Below are positions 25,727 to 39,489 of a DNA stretch of 64,000 nt, one piece after another; position 1 is the stretch's first letter, and each line of letters starts with the position of its first letter. Source of the stretch: Macrostomum lignano (taxonomy: Eukaryota); assembly GCA_002269645.1 (NCBI GenBank), contig NIVC01000511.1, positions 342,023 through 406,022 of the forward strand, read 5' to 3'. The position numbers were made by a program, and so were the translations under genes. Under the pieces are notes generated by a model. That model was not told where the DNA came from and searched no databases. It worked only from the letters and a program-made list of their open reading frames with translations.

Positions 25727-28044
25727 TGGCGGTCGGAATCGGGCCGGGCCGCCTGGCTGCGGCTGGAAGCCAAGGCGAGGCCGGCTGCCGCGGTAGGCCG
25801 AGCGGAAACTGGCGGCAAATAAGAGAAGAAAGACGGCTGTCAAGATTACAAAAATTTCTACCTGCCAACGGTCAGCTGTAAGTAACTGCTGTGTCGTGAA
25901 TAATTAAAACGAATATTTACCTATAGCAATGTATAGACTACATGTATAACTTTTCCACGTGTATAAAAATTCCAAGTATTCCTTCTTTTAGACATACAAA
26001 TAAGCCTTGTTTATTAAAGATGCTTGACAAAAGAAGGAATTTTCTCCTAAGACAAAGTAGTCATTGGACCTTATTCCGAAGACTAGGCCTAGCATAGAAG
26101 GTAAACTAGCAAGGCATATCATTTCAAATTTCTATCACAATTTTCATAGTATTATTCAAGAAAATGGCATCTATATATGCTATATTATGTGTATGTGTTA
26201 TAAGGCAAAGTGGAAGCAGCAAAATAGGCAATAAAAGCTGCCTTCTTGATAGCTATATTAATATATAACATTGTTGCCAAATGTATTATGGCTAGGATAA
26301 TTAGGCGGTTCTCCAGGAGATATTTTAACTTTTCTATTTATAAGGCTAATGATTCATTTTGAGAAGAAATCAAAACAAAGAAAAATGTTACAATAGAACA
26401 GTCCTAAAAGGCCAATCAACTACATAGAAAATTCTGAATAGCCAGAGCAGAAGTGTCCTAACAAAATAAAACACCTCTTACTTTTAACTAAAATGAAATA
26501 TAAAACTAAATTTGCATTAGGCATAGATAAAAAATAATAGCCATAGACCTATACTAGAAAACTATAAAGGTTATCATGGACAAACTCCTAAGACAACTCT
26601 AAAACTCTAAAATGAACAATGAAAGTCATTTTTGACATATGTTGGTGGATCTATTATTCTTTTAAAGGTTGTTCTACAACTTTGTTTTAGCTGTTTATAA
26701 CAAAAGCATTACCAATAAAAATAGATCATGTACCTTGATCTTTCTATAAAAGATTATAAATAATGTTTAGGAGAGGGCTTCATTTACATGTACTTGTATC
26801 AATTCACCTACCCATACTGTTCATCATACCATTATTCTTTGTAAATGCACATTTCAGTCCCAGTCCCCATTTCTAATATGTTCAGCAGCACCCACTCTAT
26901 TTATCTAGAAAAATTGATTTGTTGGTTAAATTATATAATTATCAGTCTCTCTAGGGAGAATGTGCTTTGTGAGATGTTTGTTTGTTTGTTTGTTTGTTTG
27001 GCTAGTAGCCAAAAATATAAAGCTTTATTTGCAAAGACACAATTTATTGCATGAACTTTAGGTTTATGTTGTGCTTTGAAGTATAGGTTTATATCATTCT
27101 CACTTTGCAAGGTATATTGCTGCAATGTTGCAGGAATGTTGATGAATCATGTTTTGCCATGTTTTGCAATATGATATTATGCAAAAAATGCTATTTAGAT
27201 ATTTGGCCACTCTATGGTTGATGTGCAACATAGCTAATATTGTTGATATGCAATGCTACAACAATATAACTGCTACAGATTTTAGTTAGCTCTGATAGTA
27301 AATGAAAATGCATGCAATACTTTGATATTTGACTTATCATAATCAGTATCAGTTTGACTCAAATGGTTATAGTCATCATTATTATAGATATCCATACCAG
27401 AATGGTAGATTTTTTATATTTTATAATTATTCACTACTTTTTCATGAACAGCATTTTGTGACTATTTACAAATGTATTATGTGACTATATCTATATCTCA
27501 ATAGAAGAAGTACCAGTTATTGAGCCATTGGACAAGCTGATACACAATGCAAGATTATTTAGTAGTTAGGACAAGATGGCTTTAGCCACATCTACTTGGC
27601 TATCTATTAGGCAGATGGCAATCAGGTTGCAATTAAATTAATAAAGAAATTGAAATTATATGTGGACTTTTTGCATTTTCTAGTTAGTATCTACTGTTTG
27701 TATTGTTCAAATTCAAATATCAAATTTTATTTCAAGTTTAATAGTTGTGGATATGTATGAGATATATAATGTATCTGTTTTCACTCCCAAATCTTAGCCT
27801 AATAGACAAAAGGTGCCAATCAAATTTTTGCTTTTGCATAAGTGCTACAACCTTAATAGCATTGTCTAACTAACCTAAAAAACAAAACCTAACATTGGCT
27901 AAAAACCATATATATATACGAGCAAAAATATATGACAGAAAAGCATCTTGCCTCCTGGTTACCTTAGACTTGCTCACTATTAGCAAACTGGAACTTGTTC
28001 ATAGGCCTCAAGTTGAGCACCAATTCCATTAAAAATAGCCGAGT

Positions 28045-31000
28045 CAGGGAAGCCTCTTTGTTTGCTTTGCTCACCAGGAAGTGACACTCACATGGCCCCT
28101 CCCCACCTCTTCTACAAGTTTAGTCTCGTTTTGGGAACTTGGGTAGCAAAGAATTTTTGTCCTTTGTTTACTATACACTGAATTACTCATATCTTTTCTA
28201 TGTTATGCCTATATTTTCTCTTGCAGGATATCATTTAGGCAGAAAAAAACAACTGATATCAACTCACTCTGAGCAATTCTCTGATTTTCTATACTCTAAT
28301 TTTTTAATCGAACATTTGCATAATACATCATGGGATACAAGTGCTATGTTCCAGCTTGTGTTACTAATTTGCCTTGGTATAAGAAGGACCCGACTGTTTC
28401 CATCCACAAGTTTCCTTCTACCGAGAATCTGGATCTGCTAAACAAGTGGATTGCTACAATTCCTTGACAATGGACTGAGGCCGAGCTGTATAAGCTACGG
28501 TCTAACCCAAGTCACAACTATCAGGTTTGCTCTCTGCATTTTCCAGTTAAGTTCTTTGTGACTGTCTCTATGGATTCCAACCTAAATCGCAAAAGGCCAG
28601 CATCTGACAATCCATTGACTACTACTGCTAAGCTGAAAAACTGGCATCTGACAAATGATGCTGTGCCGTGCATCTTCCTATATATTGCATCCTACTTGAG
28701 CAAGGCCATCCCATCCCGGAAGAGAGGCAAATGGTTTGTACATTGGCTGAGAGCCATTGAGAGAACGACATTCAGCATTGCAAGGTAGAAGCAGAGGAGC
28801 TTCTACAAAAGGATGTGATTTCTGACTTCCACGCTATTGTGTCATATGATCTACCAGATCATCTAAGGTGCTTTTTCAAGGTGATCTCTAAATTGAGTGT
28901 AACCTTTTTTACAACTAGAATGTCCGGTGCCAACAACTTGGAGATTGCCACATCGCTGAATGTTGGCCAAGAGCTGCTGTTTGAGGTCACAGTTGGTGGT
29001 GATAAGCAAGCCTCTTTTGCTGGAGATCTGGCAGCTGACAGCAGTCTTAAAACATTTGCCCAACTTGAAAACATCCTAGCTAGGCTAAAAAATGTCCGTT
29101 TGGAAGATTGCTGGCATGGTTATGAGGAGCACCTCTTACTAGCTAAGATAGAAGTCAAGAGTGATCAAGAGCTAGATACATGCATTGAGGAGGCTGCTTT
29201 GCTAAACTGAATTTTCTTGTTGAGCAGCTAAGCTTTTTGAGTTTGAAGAAGGGGAAGCTAACATACTCTAGCAAGCTACTAGCTTTTTCATACCTGTTGC
29301 AGCACCACAGCCCATCAGCGTACAATTTCATTCAGAAATCCAACACAGTCAACCTCCCAAGTGTTAGGCATCTGCAGAGGCTTTCTTCCAGATTGAGCAA
29401 TGACCCTGATATCAAGGCTACCGAATATTATCTCAAGCTAAAAGTTGACAGCCTGCCTGAGTCTGAGAGGGTAGTGTTTCTTGCAATTGACAAAATTTAT
29501 TTGTTGAAGCAAATGGAATTCAGTGGAGGCAAGGTATTTGGCATTGACGCAGAAACCAATGAGCTCGCCAAAACTGTGTGCACTTTTTTGATCAAGTCGC
29601 TGCATGGAGACTTCTAGGTAGTAATTTCTCTTATTCCAAAAAGTAGGCTTAGTGCTCTGGACTTGCAAAATCACCTCACTGACAGTCTTGCTCTGCTTGA
29701 TAGGGTTCACCTGAAGCCAGTGGTGTGCATTGTTGACAACAATGCAGTGAATAGGAGCCTCTTTCAGGGTCTTCTATGCAAAGGCAAGCTCAATCATCAA
29801 TTCCAAATCCAGTGTCTGGTGAGCCACTGTTCTTTCTCTTTGACCCTGTACACAACTTTAAGAACATCTTGAACAATTGGATTTCGCACCAGGTGTTTCA
29901 GTTTCCGGACTTCACCGATCCCCAGAAAATCCAAACAGCAGATTTCTGCAATTTGCACAAACTTCATGAGCAAGAACTTGGGCAACCAGCTCGGATTGCC
30001 TTTCAACTGAATACAAGGTCCTTGAATCCAACAAACCTGGAGAAGACTAATGTTCAGCATGCAGCCAGCATCTTCAGTGAGTCTACTGTAGAAGCAGCAA
30101 AGTTCTATAGTTTTTCCTCTGGTTTGTTAGCTTTCCTAGTGCTCATTCTTAACATGTGGACAATCTGGAATGTCAAGACCACTAGGAAAGCGAAGGAAAA
30201 GCGGCTTTCCAACGCCGCTCCACTGGTGCCAAACGATCACCGCCTCAACAAGCTGCGCCAGTTTGCCGCTTTCTTCCAACGTGGGGAGGATTCGAAGTTG
30301 CCCAGCTTGACTGCTCCCACTTTCCTTGCTGTTAAGTCCTGCTATCTCACTCTTGCTGATCTTTCCGAGCACCTTTTCTGTAGGTATATATTTCCCTCTG
30401 TTTTGACAGGTAGGATAGTCAGTGACTGGATTGAGCGGCGCTTTGGTTGCTACTGCCAGTTTCATGGAGGCAACTATTTTGTTTCTGTCTAGCAGATCCT
30501 TTAAGCTGAGAAGAAAATTTGCATTTCTAGCCTGCTTCAGTGTCATGGCCTTGGACTAAAAGATTTAAAAAATCTTGACCAGGCAAGTTCATCAGAGTTT
30601 TTTTAATCCACTCTTATCCGTGAAACTTCTAGGTCTCCAGCATCTTGATGCTGCTCTTACATCTAGTGACCGAAACATTTGTTCCTATCTTGGTGGCTAC
30701 GTGTCTAAAGCTCTATGCGGCTAGCTGAAGTGCACTGACTGCAAGAATCTTCTACTTACTAATGATTACTTGGAGTTTTTTGCCAAAGAGGATTGTGCTG
30801 ATGACTTTGCCCTGATTCAAATGCGTGACCAAGGCAGTCTGAAGTGCCCTAGCAAATTCGTATTTTTTCTTTTGAAGGCATCCTACTTCATGTTTGGACA
30901 TCTGCGAGATAATGGTCTGTTAACTGCTGATCTTCTCACCTCTGGTAATTTAGTTCAAAATATTGTTGAGCTCTGCCAGGACTATGTGAGTGAATCCACT

Positions 31001-31480
31001 GATTTTATGACCCTTTCAAGCCAGACTTGCAGTTGTGGAAAGGCAGCTGCTACTCTTTCTTCGCGGATCTTGATTCCTGCAGTCCGGATTTATCTAAAGA
31101 ATTTTGTCAATGAGACAAACAATGAGAAGGCGAAGAACCAGAAAGTGATGAATTGTAAGGCGTCCAAGCTTTCTAGCAAGAGTTCGAGTTAGCTGTTTAA
31201 TATGCGTTTTAATGAGGGAAGCTCAGATTTTTCCTTTTTGTATATAATATTTAATGACAATTTTTAATTTTTTCAGTTTCATTTATTTGTTGTATAATTT
31301 TTAATTGCAGCCTTTTATTTTCTAAACAAACAGGTATCAATTTATACACTTTCTCATACTGAGCGCACTGAAATAAGTGGGTTCTTGTGTAGTCTAGGAA
31401 AGAAAAACGAGACTCAACTTGTATAGGCACGATTTCAGTGTCGCTTCCTGGTGAGCAAAGCAAACAAAGAGGCTTCCCTG
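28045..31480 (+). mobile_element. P-element/THAP9-like DNA transposon, complete ends, dead transposase
   Basis: 44-bp TIRs CAGGGAAGCCTC...GACACT (28045-28088 / 31437-31480, one mismatch); subterminal inverted motif tacaagtt(t/g)agtctcgtttt; degenerate 7-bp TSD GCCGAGT / CCTGAGT. Confidence 0.9.
28330..31192 (+). pseudogene. THAP domain plus P-element-type transposase pseudogene
   Basis: THAP: MGYKCYVPAC...HKFP...KW...VCSLHF...DAVPCIF, with a stop at 28465. Catalytic core: FLAIDKIY, VCIVDNNAVN, FDPVHNFKNILNNW, EKTNVQHAASIFS, SDWIERRFG; C-terminal YLGGYV...CTDC. Multiple stops and frameshifts. Confidence 0.9.
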
Positions 31481-34400
31481 CCTGAGTCAGTGTTTGGTCT
31501 TTCTTTTCTATCCTGAGAACTTGCTGTTCAATAAGGCACCTATCTGCCCTTTACTTTCTCGCGAGCATTCTATTCATTAGGAACATGCCTTCCCCCTTCC
31601 CAGGATGCCCAATCCAACCCCTCCCCCTCCTGAGGCTTTTTGCCAACTTCTTTGTCCAGATGCACACTGGCCTTGCCCATAGCTAAACTCCAGTCAAATT
31701 ATTAAGCACCCTACTTTTCTATCCAATTCCCTATTAGATACCTTAATATCAGGCTAGCACTCCCTATTAGCTATTGAAATTCCCCATTAGTGTGCCTGTT
31801 TCTCAGGCAACTCTAATCCATTGCATAGCCCTTCCCTCCCCTTCCTTGGACTGATTAGACAGTGTCTTGCCACTTGGACATTCACATTACCAGGGGTTTT
31901 GCTAAGCCCTTCAATGTAGTCAAGTTAAAGTATACCTTCCCCAATTCTAAGAAATCTCCAATTCCCAAGAAATTCATCTATTAGGCTCAATTAACCTTGT
32001 ACAATAAGTGTTGATTACAATCTCCAAAGCCAAAAAGTCTAATAATTTTTATTGATTTTAAGCTTTGTTCTATTATGTCTATTGTTTGACTATATTTTAT
32101 TATATGACTTTGTAATATCTGTGCTGATTTGTTGCAATTTTGGTTTGCTTTGGTTGTGCTATGGCTTTGGTTAATCCATATTTTATCTTATCTTAAGCAA
32201 TCTAAAAAAACTATTTTTCTTTAAAGTAAAGACAAGCTTTAAAAAAAGTTGAGACATTCCACTTGCTGGGCTTGCAAGATATAAATCCTAACTCAGTAGA
32301 AGGCTTTTTATCAGGTTTTGATTCTAGAGATATTACAATCTAAATTTTATAGAGAAAAATTTATAGATAGTTTTAAATACTTATTTAGATGTCATTAGCT
32401 TACAAAGTTGATTTCTGTATATGTATAGAAATGGTAGACACATTAAATTCTAGAGTTATTTTCTTCAAAAGAAAACTATTGACTTGTTGCTAAGAATAAA
32501 GCTATTTATACAAACAGTATTTTGCTAATTTTATTAGCAAAAGCAAAGCACAGATTTTCAATTTATAAGCAACATTGCCTATGGCAAGAGGTCCTGTCTA
32601 AAAGCTAAGAACTTAGAACATTTATTATAGACTTTTATAAATAGACTACCACTTAAATAATCTATAGTAAGCATTAGGCATCAGATGCTCTAGGTTGTTA
32701 ACATCAAAGCTTAGATAATGATAAGGACAAATGATATTAAGTCAAACTCTTAAAGTAAAGAGTGGACTTTTTTAAATTCCATTAAGTTAAGGCTATATTA
32801 TAATGGTATGAAGCAAGACCAAAATATATTATTAGCATATTCTTTTTAATTTAAAATGATTACTTATTTGAACATAAATTTGAGCATAATTTGGTAGGCC
32901 AACCAAGTATTACACATGAATTTTTATAATAAGACAAGACTCCTAAATAAATAGCAAAAACTTTTGGCCTTGCATTAGCTAAATAATAGCAACTAATTCT
33001 TACTAAATTAACATTGATTATTTAAAAAGTTTTTATTAAAAATAGGATTAAGCCTATAATATGAATCTCAATGGCCTAAAACTAAAACTATACAACATTA
33101 CAAATTAAAATAAAAGTAAATAAGCAAAATGCTATTAAATGCAATTAGATTAAAAAATCACAACTATGATTCTTCTGATTGTAAAATCACAGATTTTGAT
33201 TGTGATTCTTAACAAGCCTTAGCCTAGGCCCATAGTTTGGAAAAGTCCATAGGGTAGATCCCATTGGATTTGAGTTTTTAAAGTAGGCATAAAAGTACTA
33301 TAAACTGCTGTCCCATCTCCATGGCAGACGCAGACTCAACACAGAGCTTCAGGGATTGATTGACGCTGACAATGCTGCTCTGCATGTGCAAGCCAGGTTA
33401 CCCAGGCTGAATCAGGACATGGAAGACAGCAACACAGTGGATGGAGTCCAACTGCATCACGAGTACTGCTTCAACGCAAGTGTTGCTTGAGTTTGTTGCC
33501 TTGCATCAGTTCCCATAATGATGTGTGGCAATTTTTAGCAGAAGCTTCCATCTTAAACACTTACAGGCCATTACAAGTGGGCGATGCTGCCAAAGGGCTT
33601 TCGGATCGAAGCATATCGGCCACAGCTGGCACATGTGCGGATAGTCGCCTGCTTTGTTGCCTATTTCAGCACCAATCTGCAGGATGCCCTTCTGGATTTT
33701 GCAAGAGTGCAGGAAATTTGCAGTGTAGAGGGCAGCATCTTTGTAACAGTCCGACTGTTAGCAGTTGGCCCAGTACCCATGCCTCTTGCTTTCCTTCTGG
33801 CCGGTGAAGAAGGAGTGGAAGGAGAAGCCGTGTGCAGCTTTATTCACATGCACCAACTACAGTGCAAACCATTTGGCTTTCTTCTGGAGGATGGTGACAT
33901 CATGCTGCACCACAGCATAGTGCTTGGGATATGCGCACTAAATGAAATGCACATTGCCCTTCTACCCCACCCCCAGGTTGCTCACGCGTAAAATCCCAAA
34001 GAGGGACAATTGCTGACAGCTAGTTAAAGTTAGAGTTGGAGTTGAATACTTGGAAGTGAAAAGTTGAAGCAGTTATTAAAATTGTGGAATACATTTTTAA
34101 GTAAATTGCAGATAGCATTTCCAATTTTGGGCTTTGCGAGAGACATCACCAGAGAAGCATCCATTTGTTGTAGGTTTTTCAGACTTAAAAAGATTCTAAA
34201 GGAAGCATGTTAAAAGAGGGCAAATGTAACACACAAGCATGTGCCCTTAGAAAATGATTCTTCAAGATGAGCCGTTATCCCCTCCAAATAAGCAACATCA
34301 AATAAGGCAATCAATAATGCTTGTACATCTTTATTTATGCACTCCCCAGTACACACACTGTGTATACACTGTTCAGTGTTGTTGCCAGCAAACGTAGCGT

Positions 34401-34590
34401 ACTATATGTTGCATTATAACTTTCTGCTATGTTAGCAATGTATTTTACACTTGCTGCCATGAAATTGGGGATGCTTTGCTTGACTTATTGCACTAGGCAG
34501 TGGGATACACTCTGTGGTCACTGGCTATAGAAATCGATGCATCCATTTAAGCAGGTGAATTGCTAATTTTAAACTACTGCACATATTGGC

Positions 34591-34695
34591 ACTATCTACT
34601 TCAGTCTATCCAACTATCTACTCCAGTCTATCTGACTATCTACTCCAGTCTATCTGACTATCTACTTCAGTCTATCCAACTATCTATTTCAGTAT
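34591..34695. repeat. 22-bp minisatellite (actatctacttcagtctatcca)
   Basis: About 5 copies. Confidence 0.8.
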
Positions 34696-34706
34696 ATTCA
34701 ATCATC

Positions 34707-36894
34707 ATGGTCTGGACTCGCCAAAATGTTAAGAAGTGCACCTTGTGCAGGCAGAAGCCTCAGCACGTAGAATGCCAGGAATGCGGCAAGCTTATATGCA
34801 AGATGTGGAGCGCCATGGTGCACAAAAACCCGGCTTGGCAAACCCACAAGCCGCGGGTGGTTGCCAGGAGACCCAACTTGCCCATAGCAGGAATTGCTGC
34901 AATGTAAGTAATCCTACTTAAAACAACCATTCCTTTGCATCATTTAACATTCACCCACCTTTCGCTCCCAGTGGTGGCAACGGCAACCCGCAGGTAACGC
35001 AGGTGGCAGCGGCAACCCTGCAGTTGCCACAGGCAGCGGCAACCCTGCAGGTGCTGCAGGTGGCAGTGGCAATCCTGCAGGTGCCGCAGGTGGCAGCGGC
35101 GGCGACTTTGCAGCCGGTATTGCCGCAACATAAGTAATTCTACTTTAAACAATCATTTCTTTGCATCGTTCAATATTTACTCACCCTCCCACTCCTAGCG
35201 TTAGCAGCGACAACCCTGCAGGTGGCAGTGGCAACCTCGCAGATGGCAGTAGAAGCGACTCCGCAGCCAGAAATGCTACAACATGAGTACACAATCCCTA
35301 CAGCAACAGTTCTTCTCAATGACTTCTCATTCACTCACCCCCTCCCCACTTAGTTCCAAGCCGGAACGAAGCATGGCGAGACCAGTGCGGATGGCTCAGT
35401 TGCCAAGCGCACGCGTAATACCGCAGCGTCACACTTGCAGGTGTCAACAATTGCCAAGTTGGCGGTTGCGACAGCCTCTGTGGCACTATTTGTGGGTGCA
35501 AATGCTCCACTTGTTGCGCAAGCAGGTATGCAATACTGGCTGGTGCAGTTTGTACCCCAACTAAATTTCAAGCTCATATGCGAATCCTACATTGCGACAC
35601 CGATACTGCTGGCAGCTATACTTGTTGGGTAGATGTGTCCGTCTACTATGTGAAGGCAATAACAAATGCCAGTGCCAAGCACAGGGCCCTGCTGTTCAAC
35701 GGGCCCTTTAAGAGCTACCGGAAGGCAAGCTTCACAAGTGGCTCTGCAAGCATCTTCCACCTGATCCCCTTGCAGTGCAGCAGCAATGTCCACAGTGCCA
35801 GCTTTGTGACATTCAGTTGGCTGAAGCCAACAGTGCTGTCTCTGGCCTGTGAGACACTGTTAGCAGACTAAGCTTGATGCCTTGCGCTGGGAGCGCAATA
35901 ATGCGCTGGCTCTGCAGGCCGAGATGGCTCAAGAAATAAGCAGCCTCCATAGCACAGTTGCGCAGCTACAGCAGGGGCATCATGCTGCCGCTGCTGAGGC
36001 GCAGTCAGTGGCTGCATTGCTGCACTCGTTGGCATCCTAGGTAGCCGCAGGCTCGGCTACTGCAGCCAGAATTGCTGCAACGTAAGTAATTCTACTTTAC
36101 GCAACCATTCCTTTGCATTATTCAACATTCCCCTACTCCTCAGCCTCCAGTGGCGGCATCGGCAACCCAAGCAGCTTGCCTGCTCCTGCTGCCAATGTGG
36201 TGTCCATTGAGAAGCTGTACGACATCTTTCAACTGGAGCCGTCAATGCCCTGCAGCTCTACATTGGCCAACTCTGCGCCTATGCCTGTGCCCATACAGCA
36301 GCAACACTCCGACTGCACAGAACCTCTTTTTACAGGCTGCAATGTAATGGCAAGTCGTTGCATGTGATTGATGTGGAGGAGGAGATGAAAGTTGGGGAGC
36401 AATATTGCACAGTATGTACCGTATTAAACAACTGGACAAGTCCCCCCTTGTCTTCCTCTTCACAGATCGACTTAATAGTGGCAGCCATTTTGAGCGCCAC
36501 ATTGGCCGATTTCCAGCAGGAGCCCTACAACAGCAGCCAGTTGCACCTCATCCAGAAGCTGCTGATGGCTGTCTGCATAAAGGAGCTGCGCAATTGTACC
36601 TACACTGGTCGCAGCAACGCTCCCAGACTATCAGCTGCCAAATGCTCTGCTGTTGCCAGCTACTTGCAGACTGAAGCGAGGCTGGCCAACAGCAAGGTGC
36701 TCGTGTCAACAGCTTTCTGGCGACTTCGGGAATTACACATGCGGAAGACGGGACCGCCGCCTTTTGGCAAAAAGAAGCAAACCAAGCAGACGGCTGTTAT
36801 CAGCAGTCATCAGCCAAAGCTGCTGCCAACCCTGAAGCCGACGATGCTGAATCTGCTGATGCTGAAGCTGCTGACACCAAAGCCCCGGCACTGA
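34707..36894 (+). pseudogene. Decayed multi-exon gene: B-box-like Zn finger, coiled coil, BEN-like domain
   Basis: N-terminal CTLC...CQECGKLICKM(W)SAMVH has B-box spacing with one C>W change. C-terminal KLLMAVCIKELRNCTYTGRSNAPRLSAAKCSAVASYL fits a BEN-domain pattern by eye. Short introns, broken donors and in-frame stops are present. Confidence 0.5.
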
Positions 36895-37999
36895 AGCTGC
36901 TGACGCCGAAGATGCCAGTGCTGAAGCTGGCGATGCTGAAGCCATTTGAATTTCACTAACTCTTGTTTTAGTGCCACTTTGCAGGGACTGATAAGAAGGG
37001 GGTAACAGTGGGTGATCATCCTGAAGAATCAGGGAGGGGATAATAACGGCTGATCCTGAAGAATCAGGGAGGGATAGCAGACACAAATAAAACTTTTTAT
37101 GTTCCATCTGTACCTCTTAATATATGTAACTCAGATAATTTAATTACTAACTGTTTCAAATTTACACTTGCATCTCACTTCTGTCTACTTGTAAGATGCA
37201 ATGCAATGAAATGTAATTGCCAAATATATCTTGACACCTAGAGAATTTTGGAGAACAAATTTAAATAATTTTGACATAAATTGTTTGACAAGGAAATCAA
37301 AGCCTTTCTGACTTTTTTTCAAGTTCCCAATGCCAATAGACTGGGGCCGAACAGCTCAAAGCAGCTGCAATGCACCTAATAGTGACACCTTTTGTACCTC
37401 AAATATACCTTAAATGCATCTAAAATTCACCTGCAGTGCAACTCCAGTGCCTTATATGCACCTATTTACACTGCACATGTACACCTTATGCACCCCTAAT
37501 TCACTTTTTATGCACTTTCTACGCCCCTTCAGCATCTCCCATGCACTTGCTGTGCCTCACTTGTGAGCCTACTCTTCACCATTTGCACACCTCTAGTGCC
37601 CCTTATACACCTTTACTGCCCTTACCACTGCAACCAATCAAAATTGAGAATTCACTTACTGCCTAACCACTTCACCAATTTTATACCTTTCATGCCTCTT
37701 TTCAAAAATATTGATTTAGGCATAAAAGGTGCACTCAGGTGCATTTCCAAAACATGCACGAAATAGGCCACCAAATTGCCTTTTTGTGTATCTTGTTCAC
37801 CTTTTATGCCTCTGCAGGTGCATAACTTTTCCAATAGGGATCCATTGAAATGTCACATTTTTAGTACTGAGTATATTTTGACTTGATTTAGACAAGCAAA
37901 AGTGCAGAGCAAAAAAGTTTTTGGTAAATGGTCAACACACTGTCAAGAACAAATTTACTCAATGTAACTGCCATCTACTTCTACAACTTTCTCTAGTTG

Positions 38000-38790
38000 A
38001 GCTCAAAATCTACCAATAGCTTTTTTCACTTCAGCTGATGGGATTTTATCCAATGCTTTTGAGAGAGATGCCCAATTACTTGAGATTGTGGTGAGATATG
38101 CAACAAGGTGAGATATGCAAATAATAATCCAGTGGATAAATATCTGGCAACAAAGGTGGCCAAAAGTCCTTTGGCCAATAATTTGCAAATTTCTCTAATA
38201 GGAAGGTCTCTGTGGTTGTTGCAGTATGTGCAGGTGCAACATCTTGCTAGAACATATATTGGCCACTTGGGTAATGCTAGTTAAACCATGGTAGCACTTT
38301 GTTTTGCAGCAGCTCCTGATAGCCAATAGCATTAAGCTGAGCACTAGGGTCAATGAAGATTAGGGGGCACTTTTGTCCATCAGAGCTAATGACCCCTAGC
38401 AGCATGACAGAAGCTAGATTTTTGCTGCATTGTATCACACGAGCATTGTCTAAGACATCCTTTACACAGCTAGGTACTAATTTATTATTCATTTCTTCTA
38501 TTGGCAGCTGCATTGACAAAAAAATCATTTGAGAAGATATGTACCAGATGTGAATGCAACTTTAGCCAGCTAAGTAGTTGCTTAGTTCACATCTTTCTAG
38601 TAAATTTCTGGGCTTCTAACAAGAAATGCTAACAAACTACTACTCTGTTCTTCATTCCAACATCATCCTTGAGGAGCTAGTTCATTGTCTTGTATGCCAT
38701 TCCAAAGTCCTAAGCCAGCTGTTGAGCACTTCATCTTGGGTTTCTATAGATGTGCATTTTCATAAAAATGGCCTTAGGAATCACTTGACT
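38000..38790 (-). mobile_element. Tc1/mariner maT (DD37D) transposase fossil
   Basis: Minus strand: RNPR*SAQQLA*DFG, ASVMLLGVISSDGQKCPLIFID, F*QDVAPAHT...WPPLLPDIYPLDY. Exactly 37 residues separate the second and third Asp. Confidence 0.85.
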
Positions 38791-38871
38791 ATTTCTATTG
38801 GCAACACACACATGTAAGTTGCTATTGGCTGAGAGCAGTCACATGACTATTATTCTGTCCAATAGCAACTT

Positions 38872-38873
<2 letters not shown>

Positions 38874-38909
<36 letters not shown>
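38874..38909. repeat. (GT)n microsatellite
   Basis: About 18 GT units. Confidence 0.95.
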
Positions 38910-38910
<1 letters not shown>

Positions 38911-39489
38911 GCCAAAAAATTGCCAGGTAAATTCCTACGTTGTGCCTAAACATACACATTTTAATAGCTTTGATGATATTCTTAGTGCAAACAATGCAAC
39001 TGTGTCTACCTCCATAATATGCCTTAACATTGCCAGTTACTGCAAAAAGTCACTTGGTTTGATAAGACTTAGTTCCTCAAAATTCTAAGATATTGAGCAA
39101 TTGATAGAGTGTCCAGTGAGATTTTGAAACTTTAGAATTTAGGTTATCTGATGCATGCATGTTATAAATGGCAGTAACAGTATTCCAAAATGTCTTCATT
39201 TTTTAAAATTGGTTGAGGAATAAAAAAGTTATGACATATTTAGTGACAAAAATTTAAACTTTTTCTTATGGAAAAATACATTATGGGCAGGACCATTTTA
39301 GTATAAAAATGTAATTTTTTTGCTTTAAACGACTATATCTTTTTTGCTACAAAACCTATGCTGGTGTTCTTGGTGTCATTAGAAAGATAAATTGGTTATC
39401 TAGCATAGCTATTTTATACATTTTATTCATGTTTAGAATTATCACATCATTGTCTCTAAAAACATGCACTTTTTTTACCTTTTGGGTGT

